From Psilocybe cubensis (Eukaryota), in assembly GCA_017499595.2 (NCBI GenBank), contig CM039006.1:1798001-1862000 (forward strand): a DNA stretch of 64,000 nt, given 5' to 3'. Below the pieces are notes generated by a model, which saw only the letters and a list, made by a program, of their open reading frames with translations, did not search any database and had not been told where the DNA came from. Positions 38,536 through 50,279 of the stretch are shown here, one piece after another (position 1 is the stretch's first letter; each line of letters begins with the position of its first letter). A program made the position numbers and the translations under genes.

Positions 38536-41500
38536 ACAGGTCCATTTAATCAAAATGACGTCGCTAGACTCAGTCAACAACAGTTGCGGAGCAGAGCTGA
38601 TGCATCTCCACCGTTTTCCAGCCTCTCCACCGCCACATTGATTGCATTTTCTTCAAATGCATTTTGGGTAGTTCCCAGTCGCAGTCGCCTCTTGCATATA
38701 CAAAATTAGAACCAGCTTGAATTTTCTCTAGCATTGCATCGTTGCATGGTTATGACTTTTCCATCTTTCACATAGACACTGACATCTTTGCCACTGCTCT
38801 TTGTTCACATAAATGTATTTTTGCCATAGAGAAAAGATGTACTTGTATGCTGTACAGATACCTATGATCATGTTTAACCAATCCTTCCTGCCTTGGATAA
38901 TTAACTGGGATCCATCACACATCCCAGTGAGCCCGTTTATGGTGAGTTTCACTCCTAACTAACTCGATACGATGACAATGCCACTTGCTCCAAACTATTT
39001 TGATGAATAGCGCCACTACGCACTCGTCTGATGTCTTGCGGTCTTGCTCTGAGCTGACCCCGAGTTATGGTTATGTATGGTCTAACAGATGTTTTTCTCG
39101 CAGGTTTAATTTACTAGGTCCTAGGTCCGCATTATACTACATACAGTCCTGCCGTAGACTTACCGCCAATCCCAGGTACTCCTAAAAAGCCATTTCATCT
39201 TCCATCGATGGTCAAGGTCTCGCTGATATCCTGGCTCCGATACCTTATTGTTCTGATTTGGCTTCAATTAAGCTTTCGCCCTGGCATTTCATTACTCTGC
39301 AGCTACAATTCGGACCGTAGAACGCGACCTCTGTCCTCCAGCTTGTCCCCTAATGACATGATAATTGACGAAATGTTTAGGACTCCGAGTCAGGGGAATA
39401 TAATTTATCATGAACAGGAAGCATCATTATGACAAAAATTTCTTGCCGAACACCACCCGCGAATTAGTTCCTGCTTCAATTCACAGTTGCAAGGGCGCAT
39501 ATTCTGAAGTCTGGATTTCTATGAGAAATAATTCAGCTGGCATCATAAAGAGCCGAGATATAGATATTAAGGTCAGGGAATCACCGAGAAAGCCTCATTT
39601 ATGGTCATGACGGATACCAACTAAGTTAAGATCATTACAATAATAAATTATCAGCGCCCCTTGATCCCAGGCGGTCAGCGAGTGGAATCGTGCTCAATAT
39701 TTCCCAGTAGACCAACTCCAGAGAGTTATAACTCTCCCATACTGTGGTCCGTCAGCGATGATATCTCGCTGCCGGGTGCGACTAAAGGCAACCGAGGAGG
39801 CGAGTTTCTCACTTGATATTACGAGAGTTTGAACACTCTTGCTTTCTTCTTCACCCTATCCCCTATCTGTGTGAACTACCGCTGGGACTGGAACTAGAGG
39901 CCCTTATTTTTGGATGGGCACTAATACTGGACGGCGACCTAATCATTTCATACACTGCGCAGCGTGTATGTTTTCCATGCCGTGAACGATTACACTTGAG
40001 CGGTTGATCTACGCAACTAATAGTAGAGAATATAATTCATCCCTGTATTTTGCATCAAAGCTCGGTTTGCTGTGACCATGCCTAGAAATCAATGAGGTGT
40101 ACATCACCGTTTGAAATCAGTGCTGAGATCATTGCTGCTTACCAGATACTGGTCGGGACCCTACCATACGTCCGTAAATCAATTCGGGTAACTCTAATTT
40201 CAACTGTGCCAAAGATACTTGTACACCCGGAGACAGGGCTTTGGGTCCACTCTACCTCAGTGCTCATGAGAAAACATATCACCGATTGAGGCTTGTCAGC
40301 AATAAACTGGACATTCAAAATCAATCTGACAATTGTATCTATGATATTGTGATTGATATAGTACACTCGCGTCAAATCGTCCTCAGCTATCACTACTGTT
40401 GTGTTGAGATCATACATTTCTGGTACCGGCACTGAGCCAACGAAAAGGTAACACTGCTTGATATTTCTCTATTAATTGGAATATCTTTACCATTGTCTTT
40501 CTAGCTCTGTTACCAATACACCGGGTGCATTTCAAGGTTTCGGAGAGTGGGATCCAATGCAATGAACATTTCATGTATGTGACATAACATAGCACTCACA
40601 TGCATTTAATTATGAGCCACCTGTCTACAGTTCCGGGCTAACAATTTGAGAAACTAACTTGATATTTACATCTTTGTTGCCGAAATGACCGTAAGGTCAC
40701 CAGTATCTACATTGAATGCGCCAGAATGGCTAGCAAATTGCTGTATTAATGAGAAATCCTTGATCAATGAATAAATCAAACTCAATTACCTCGATATCCC
40801 CGATATGGCTATGATGGATATGGTACTGCTATAGACCAAATATTGGCGTGGCTTATGCGTGCAACCTTCAAGCAGCACGAGCCGTTTATATGATAATCTC
40901 CATAAATAACCTGGCCCTGATTCCAAAAGCAAGTTCTACGATACATATCTCACGAGCTTCTAGCCTTAGATTAAAGCTAAAGAGCTATTAAAAGATATTT
41001 CGCAAGTCATGAAAACGCGTGGGTACGTCCTACAATCAGTAAAGTTCGAGAGTTATAATACTATATGACAGTATATGTGATGGAATAGCCTGTAATAGTG
41101 TGGGCTTATATTATCCATGTAGGGAAGAAAACCCAGAAATACATCGTTCTTTGAAGGCATCTATACGGCAGAATTCTGGTTGGTTACGCTCAAGCCTAAT
41201 CACAATCTTGTGGAGAAACTTGGGAATGTTCACGACAAGTCATCTATTAATAGAACAACTTAGAAAATCACGATCACCGGTCTATTTTTGTCATGAGAAC
41301 CCGAAATGAGGAATAACAGCAGGCGATTAATTTCAGAGTAATGTTAAATTTCATATATGATTTCAAGATGCGTTGTATCATTTTCTAGAAAACCCATGGC
41401 GTCACAGGTTCCGCAAGTGATAGTGACCAACGGGCAAAGCAAACTGTAAAGAATTATATAAAGCTATTATTTTCGATGACTTAGCTAAAGCTAAAATGAA

Positions 41501-41652
41501 GATAATATTACGTCATTGGTTATGGTAATTCACAACGGTGCTGGAGTCTCTGCCTGCCAGGATATCTTGGGATTTCTCATAACATTTCTGTCCATTCTGT
41601 CTTCTGAACGTCTGCAGTTATCTCAGCCATTCAAAGAAGATACCTAAACGAT

Positions 41653-43595
41653 ATGGATTCCAAACCTAGGGGCGCAAACAGGTCAACGAAAGTCGCAGGG
41701 AAACTAAAAGTCTTACCAGAACAACCTGAGGACCTGCCTGTTCTAGGTTCAAAACCTCCTTACTCACCCCCCAGAGACAACGTCGAAAGCACGGGAACAA
41801 CAGGGGATAGTGACGATGGTGATGTAGAAGAGAACGACGATTCACAGGAGTACGATGTTGAGGTGCGCACCACAAATTCAGCGTGTTTGGCAGTTAGGAC
41901 CTATAAATCATTGTTTTCCAGGTTTATAACCAGATATCTCTCATACCCGAGGGGACAGCTCGCCGAGACGCGTTGCGATTAACGAAGAAGAAAGCAAAGT
42001 CCCTACCACGAGTCACAGCATACGCTACAGCGAGGTAAAATATTCTTCGTTCGCTGGTTTAACACGGAGAACTTGACAACTTGCTGAACATTTTCCAGTT
42101 CCTACCGAATGAATGATTTGATGAAGTTTTTCAATGCCAGAAGAAATGCTTACCACACAGATCCAAAACTGATTGACGATGTAATATATACCCCTTATGT
42201 GTACGACCCGCCGCCCAACTCCCATGAAACACGGTCATCCCTGCCACCGACGGGCGATTTGTTAGGCATCCCAGAACTCAGAGAAGATGGGGACATGGAC
42301 CAGGAAGAACCAACTAAAAAGAGGAAATCGAGCAAATTTGACACTACGGCCACCCAGGCTGAGATATTTATGTTTGACTACGGCACTGTTGTAATTTGGG
42401 GCATGTCAGAAGCGCAGGAAAAGAGGTTTTTGTCGTCTATGTGAGTTTTCTCTCTCTATTAGAGCCAAATTAAGTTTCTTATGTGGAATTAGAAAACGTT
42501 TCGAAATCGATCGACTAGGTAATTATTCAATCTATCGACTTGGTTCTTATGACATGTAACCAGGTGTATAGCATCTGAGGACATTGAAATGGAAGATTTA
42601 AATTATTATTATGCAAACTATAGTCGGTCAGTCAATACTTTGACCCTTTGTTCTATCTATTCAACGTTTTACTGCAGAATATACAACGATGTTATAACAT
42701 TGCGGAAGGGCTCAAGTTATATGTATGCTGCTTGACTTTATTTCTTTTTTGCTATGAGTTATTCACGATCATCGTAATTAGGACGAAACTTTCATTATCG
42801 CACGCACTATCTCAATCAGTGAAAATCTCTTTGGTATTGAGTGATACATTCCTATCCTGTTTTCGCTTAATTGACGTCCAGCCCAAATAGTTTGAAGAAT
42901 TGATCTCATCTAAAATTGAAGAAACTAAAGACATCCCAGAAGTAATCAGCGAAACGGGAAAAATCGGAATGCCACACAAAGGTTCGTGGCACCGTGGATA
43001 CAGAGCGAAGTCGACTTGGAAAATTCTCAAATCAATTGAATAGAAATCATGCAAAAGATTGGACAACTGTTCCTCCTGCGTACAAATATCAATTCCGTCG
43101 GTTCAGTTCTCGATTCTCCTGTACGTAACCTTTTCCTTCGAATTGTAGATGAGACATTTGACACATGTTCATCATTAGGAAGTGTTTTGGGTGAGTGTTT
43201 TGCTCGGACGTCCTACATGCGTAAATGGATCACATAACCATTCACTCATAGACTTATCCCGATCTCCAACCGCTTTACGATGCTGCTCGGAGCTATCTCG
43301 AAATCCCACAGAGAATCAACCTGTTGAATACCCGTGTCGAAGTGCGTGTCGTCTGAACATCGACTCTGACAACTAATTCTCATCTACCCCCAGGTTCTTC
43401 AGGATATGCTCCAACTTCTGAAGGAATCGGTGTCTAGCAAACATGCTGAGCGCTTAGAGCAAATTGTCATTTTCTTAATCGGCATAGAAATCGGTAAGCT
43501 GCTGCTCTAGCTTCTCAAGACTAAACATCTCATAGTGGCTGCTTCTCTTAGTGCTAGGGATCATCACAATTCTTGTCGACCTAATGGCGGCTTAA
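41653..43595 (+). CDS. RMD1: Rmd1/DUF155 family protein (sporulation protein RMD1-like), ~11 exons
   Basis: LPRVTAYATASSY, EIFMFDYGTVVIWG, RIYNDVITL, KLSLSHALSQSVKISLFEE, VLDSPEVFW, YLEIPQRINLLNTRVEV, RLEQIVIFLIGIE. Confidence 0.92.
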
Positions 43596-44004
43596 ATTTT
43601 GCCACAAACCTTGTATTATAGGCTAAAAGTTGCTTTACCATTTATCATATCTACCTTACATGTTCTCCATCCACCGCGGATCATACCAAATTTCATCAAT
43701 AAATGGTGTACCGTTCAATACTCAGCACACGATCGGGAGATACTTTCGGATTCGTTCGGTTCTCGTGAATTCTGCTACTCACACATTCATAGATAGCTCC
43801 CTAATAATAGCCACACGAACGTGTTCTTAAGCCGGCGGATATTCCCTGATGGTCCGTAATTCTCTATTTAGATATTAGTAAACATAGATCGTCATGCTAT
43901 ATTACATGTAAATGGTATGAAATTAAGTATACAGAGCATGTGCATATGGTCCGCGCAGGATCCAATCCAATCCATAAATTTAAGATGACAGGATCGCTAC
44001 CTTC

Positions 44005-47000
44005 TTACGTTCTTTCGCTGCGTGATGGAGCCTTGTCTCGGGGCCGGGGGGCCGACGTTCCTCCACGACTGCTCGAAGAAGTGGATGACTTGGACTGCCT
44101 GAAACATAGGAACTCGATGCCCGTGGCACGGCGGGTCTCCGCGAGAGTTTTCTTGACACCATCCAAGTTGGCCTGGAGATTTTCATCACCAGGGCGCCGA
44201 GAGTAAGCCTGGGAGATACGGTTGTAAAGCTCAGTCAGCAGCTTGGCCGCTGCAGGGGTCACATATCGTCCTAATGTCTGATGCATAAATTCGATTTCAA
44301 GTGTAGCCTGGATTGTCACAAAAAATCGTAAGATTGTACGTATTTTCGGCGTGATGGTCATACGCACTCTGAGCATACCGCCCATGCCGAAACGTTTTAC
44401 CTGCCGGAAGCACCGGAGCGCCTCAGCAGCAAGCTCTTCCACGAGGGCGTGCAGAGCACGATCCAGAAGTGGTTCGGCCACATTGCAGACCTGCGCATGC
44501 ACGCTCACGAGCGTCATCAGTGTATCAAACATGTAGGGCCGAACATCTAAGAACCCCTGTCAATTGTCACTTAAATCGGCAAGGCTCTAAACGCAGCGTA
44601 CCAGTGGGTTGAGGTGTTTGGTACCAGTCCACATCGCTCTCGAGAATTCCGCGACGGAGAATGGACGTGACAATCTCTGATTTTGATTTAACGTACCCTT
44701 CGAAGAGGGTTTTGTCGAGCTCTGACACAACAGTCATCAAGGTCTAAATGTATGCACAGTCAAAAATATCGAATGCGAATCAGAACGAGAAATTTTACCT
44801 TTTTGTCTTCTGCAATGGAAGTATTGAAAGCACTCTCCAATTGGAGAAGCATACTCGGTATCACTGATTTAGAGAGGTTATTAAAGTTTGAGATGACAAT
44901 CAATAGTCGAGTATCCTGCAGAAAAAATGTAAGTGGGATTCTAGAACAGATGAGTTGACATACGCCGTCCTTGAGGTCAAGAAGTTCAATGGGGTTGATA
45001 CCCTCCCTATCCGTATTCAGGATAGCAGGTCCTTTGCCTTGAGCCACTGGGGACTCGTCAGAGGCTAGAAGCACCAGGCCGTCCAAGATAGCGTACACAG
45101 CATCCAAGAAGGCTTTTGTTATTTTGGACACGAATATAGGGGAAATCGGAGCCTGCTTCGCTCGCGATGACGAGGAAGAGCCGACATCAAGACCACCAGC
45201 AAGTTTATACGCTGCCGTAGTCATATGTCTTTGGAAAACGTCGATTTGGGCAAGGTAACATGTAGTAAAGGGATCTGTAGAACTTGTTATCCACGCTTCT
45301 GTCCAATAAAACATGCGTGCATCTATGAGTCATAAATGTCCCAGTTAGCAATTCGTTATGGGTTTAGGGTCGATGAGTATACCTCTCAGCCACCCATCTA
45401 TAAGTATATCTTCGAATCTCCATTTCACGCTTTCCAGCAGGCTCTTCAATCCGGTATCTTGGGCGATATCGAGAGCATTCAATTCATTGACTGTGTCTTG
45501 TATATCAGTATTAATTTTGATTAAATAATAAGCAGTGCATGGTGAGTGGGTATTCTTCGGGACCAAAGGAAGAGGAGCGGCGTTATAGGAGCCACCCATA
45601 GAGGTCATAACAGCAACATCAGATAACCTGAAAAATTCAGAGATAAGAGTTATATAAAGTTTGACGATATCCTGAGCCATAGTCCGGCATTGTGAGAAGC
45701 TTCGTCGGGTTCCAGATGTTCCAGCAGGAGGGTTTGCGGGCTATTCAAAAGAAAGGGGTGAATATTAAGGTTTTCGTGAGATGGAGTTTGGATAAACTAC
45801 CTTCTTGAATTTCCCGTCCATGAAACCTTTCGCGATTTTCCAAAAGCTGGGAAGCGACGACAACATGGCTTCAGATATATTTTTAATCATGTCGTGAATG
45901 GCCTGCCATACTGGCTCTCCAGGGGACTTGGCTAAATCATATCACCCTGCGATGAAAGAAAGTCGAGCAATCAGAAGAAACGATTGGAATTACCGATTAA
46001 TGTTTCAGGCTTGTGCGCCATCAGATCTGCGATGACGGTTTGAAGTTGAGTCTGGAGAGATGTTCCCAGAGAGTCGGAGGTTGGGGTATCGGCTAGGGTC
46101 TTTTGGATAGTGGCTAACTCAAATAAGACGAAAATCTTTTGCGGGGAAATGATTGCTTCTTTCGCGTACCTTCTATCACTTTCGCGGAAGAACGATATGC
46201 TTTGTTCATGGCGTCCAGGATATGCTTATGGTGGCTGTCAAAATAATTCCAGACAGGGTCATCGTTCGATTGCAACTCTACCAAGACCCTGATATCACGG
46301 TTTGAATATATGCGCGTCTGCCGAAAGTAATTCACTTACTCAAGAGTCTTTTCTTGTTCTTCCACGCTCCGGCTAGAATCCTGCAGCTGTGAAATAAGAA
46401 CGCTTCGCATTTGGGCAATGGCCTTCTCAACGCTCGTCCAAACTTTGTCCAAAATGCGACGTTGCTGCTGTTCGGCTGCATCGGCTGTAATGGTGTCCTT
46501 GAAGTTTCCAATGGGAAGCAATTGTCCCGGTCGATTCTCTAGCAGATATTTGCCTTTCTTGTAGTCACGCAGTGCAATTTCGTAACGACCCTGAAATTCG
46601 GCGAAAATAATGAGTGAATGTTCCACGGTACAAAATACAAGAGTGGTAATACCGCTTCAATGGATTCATAGATAAAACTGGGTAGATTGAAAAAGAACTT
46701 GGATCTCTCGAAAACTGAAAGCGTCGTCTGGATTTTTTGAGCTTTGGACGCGTTTTCCAAGACCGGTAGGAAAACCTGATTAGCCTTTTGCACACCATCT
46801 GAGAAAAAGGTCAAGTTTCGTCATTCACCGGCCAAATCAGCAGAAACAATTCTCACTCTTAAGATGGTCGCGGAGAGGCGAGGCAGAAAACTGGGTGCCC
46901 GGTGTCAAGATACCCTCCTTCATTTCCGCATAGAGAACTGGACAGAAATAAATATAAGTCTCATGGGAGATCCGTGCTGGTTTTGGCAATACCGTCTGTG

Positions 47001-47600
47001 GTCGATTTGACAGCAACGAAGCGGTCAAAATTATCCTCCACCAGAATGCGAAGAGCCTCTGACCGGGCTTCTATGGCGTTTTGCAGATGTGCAATCCCTC
47101 TGGCAAGATCCTGGTACGTCGCGTTCGGATGCATCGTCGACAAGAACACCTTCGGGTCAAAAGACTTTGAGGTGATGAGACAAGCTGCCTCTACAACAAC
47201 AACGAGGAGAGCGATTGAGTCAACAAGACACTCGCGTGACACGTAAGGGAGCGAGAGGGCAGCATACTCGTTTCCATATCCAAATCCTTCAGTCTAAGTC
47301 GGTGAGTACGCAGGTGTAGCTCAAAAATAACAGGATTCCCAAACACACTTGACAGAACTTCCCAATCCTATGGGATCCCCTTCACTGTCCCCGGCGATCG
47401 ATGGGCTGAGAATTGCGCCTGCAACGGAGTCTGCGAGCTCATGGTCCACTTCTTCCCACTTTCTAATTTCAGGGTAAGCCATAAGTAAACTTTTCGCGTC
47501 GAGCGCAGTTCGTACCGGGGACCTACGTTGGAGCTATCGATCCGATCTTGTACGCCTGGAGAAGAGCAGCCTCATCGATTTCAAAGTTCAATCTCGGCAT
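44005..47600 (-). CDS. SEC5: Exocyst complex component Sec5/EXOC2
   Basis: [91 protein letters not shown]. Canonical introns splice in frame. Confidence 0.94.
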
Positions 47601-48199
47601 TGTAACACGTCCGGGGTGGTGTCGCTTCTTGGTTCTGGTATCTCTGACTGGTATATACGTTGGGTATGACGAGCTTCAGCCTGCTGGTTATTAATCCGCG
47701 CGAGATCGCGCCGCGTCGCTGTGCAAGAGCTTCTGCCCTAATACAAGAGGAATAGGAAAGCGAAAAGCAAGAGTCTCCACAAGGTCGGTGTTGAACAATG
47801 AACACTGAGAATGGGTATTGAACACAGTGGTTAACGAATGAAATGCAATAGCAACCATTGTGATCAACATGCCCAACAGTGCCAAGCACAGGGTTGATCT
47901 ATTTGTGTCTATTGGTATCCATCAAAGTTCACACCTCTTTCATGCACCGTATTCCATGTATTCATTATCCATCTTTGCATGTACCAGAATTCTTTCATTA
48001 TGAACCTATAACAAGGCTCGGTATATTATCAATTTGTCCATCATGAAAAGCTAATTAATTCGAGGCGTAGATACATTTGGTCAACGTGTGCAATGAATGT
48101 GAGAGCACTGAGCGCAGAATACGATAGGGGCATAAACATGAGATGGGGTGAGTTCCATAATATTCGTCTAGGTCGAGAGTGGTGTGGGTATAGTGCAGT

Positions 48200-49694
48200 T
48201 TATACTGGGAGGACTGTGTTAAAGATGTAATCCCATATTTTACCTACAGAACCATTAGTTCGCCTGAATAATTTGTTGACAAAATGGCGAGGCTTACTGG
48301 TCACACCATAACCAAGTTCAAAGTTCTTGTAATGGTGAGCAAGATGATACTTCTTCATATCCTTGATGTACTGCGGCAACTTCTTGTGATGCAATCTGAA
48401 ATAAAATAATAAGAATAGAAGCCAATTTCTGAGTATAGGGTTTACTTACGCGTAATGCATGCAATCATATCCAATATCTAAAAAATAGGTCAGTACCAGG
48501 TGTCTGAAAAACAAGTGTAATTACACACAGAATGTGAATGCACCGGAGATGATGCCGTTTGCAACTGCCACCGGAAAGATGGAGTAAGCAAGCTGAGTGA
48601 ATGGTGTCTCAAGAACGATGAAGAGGAAAGGAGGCATGACCAGCCTCAACCTAAAAATAAGGGTACAAGAATGAATGAAAGCCGACTAGGTAATGAATTG
48701 TAAGCATACCTATCCATTGGAAGATAATGGTGAATTCCGTGCATCAGGAAATGAAGCATGAGGAAAATTGGCCTATCCGGAAGCATATCATCGACATGGA
48801 AGATGAATCGGTGCATCAGATATTCCAAGAAGGTCCAAATGAGATTTCCAAGGAAGAAACACGCCATAGTCTTCGCAATGGATTCCACAGGGATCATGTA
48901 AAGAGAAGAAATGGGCAATGCTGGATTGTCGAAAAAGTTGGGCAACGGTCCAGTGAATTGGAACAGCGACCGCAGGAACAGGTAGAAGGTAATGGGTCCC
49001 CAAAACACCGGAATAACCCACCACTCTGTTCTCGTGAACATCTGTATCGAAGGTGTGGGCGGATAGAACGCAGACACGAACAACAAAAATATCGCACCTC
49101 GAGGTAATCTGGGCCGAATAAACGCGCGGATTCCTTCAAGTGTCGGGGCTGATGTACCTGTTGTAGATAATAGGATTTACTGAAGAAGGCGTTCAACTTC
49201 GACTTGACAGCATGGTAATGCGCCGACTTATTTACCTCCAGTTTGCTTCCCAGACCTGTCGCAGCAGGGGCTTTCGAAGATCCAAAAACACATTCTTTTC
49301 GAAATCCCGAGCAGAATCGGTGTCTTCAGGGTGGAAGTCGTCTGTAGCTTCCCAGTCTATGACAGAACCCAATGAATGAGTGACGCCCACGATGCACTGA
49401 CAGTTCAATTCACATACCGTCACGAATTATGGACTCTCCCGAACCCAATCTTCCAATAAGATACTCATCCAACATGTCATATGCCGAGTCTGAGTGCTCA
49501 TGCTCGAGCTTGTCCTTCATAACCTCTTCGACATCCTTCCCCGCATATTGCAAAATAAGGTCGTCGCCTCCTGGATGGTCGCTCAGGAAAGCCGACACGT
49601 CGTAAACCTTGCCACCTCGTGATATCCAACAGCTGGAAGACTCTGTGTGAGACGCGACGTCTTCCGCGGTATAAATACGAATTCGTTTGGACAT
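48200..49694 (-). CDS. SCS7: Sphingolipid fatty-acid alpha-hydroxylase (cytochrome b5 plus hydroxylase domain), Scs7/FA2H
   Basis: Cyt b5 motif KVYDVSAFLSDHPGG. His boxes EYLMHRFIFH, HFLMHGIHH, YDCMHYALHH, KKYHLAHHYKN. Also PMDRLRLVMPP and GYGVTS. Confidence 0.96.
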
Positions 49695-50279
49695 GGGGGG
49701 CAGGGAGAGGGTGGAAGAGAGGTAAGACTCGTTACCGGACAACGGACGCTGACCAAAATGAGCCTTTCAAAATATTTAGTCTCACGACTTTTTAACGCTC
49801 CAATTTAGCCCCAATAAGGAAGTTATGGATCATGTGACGCCACTATTTGCCGGAAACGCGGGCAGTCGTCCTGCTCAAACGTACTCCGAGCAGAAAATTG
49901 TCTCGAATATGTGAGTTGACTCCAACGCGATCCTCTACCAGACAATATCTGAAGCAGAAAACATAGGGCGCAAGTATCTAGTGGCATCTGCATATCTCGT
50001 TGATTCAGTCCATTCTGCGGCTCGAATTTTCTCGGCAGGTCCAGAATGACCAAGACAGTGTCGGCGCTTAAGTAAAAGCGCAGCCGATCTGTGTCCAGTC
50101 CATTTCTCAAAGTCTCGTTTTTGCAACGAATCGCCTCGACTGTAATGCAAATCACGCTCTTAAATCCGCAGTAAAACAAGCTATAACAAGTCAGGAGATT
50201 CAAAAGTTCATTTCTGAACATTTAGAATGTGTTTTGACTCCTCTACCCCTGATGGATACCCGCCATCTGGACTAGTTGA

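Noticed and set aside
40139-40432. 97-aa minus-strand ORF in the Gti1/Pac2-RMD1 spacer
   Set aside because: No recognisable motif and no convincing splice partners.
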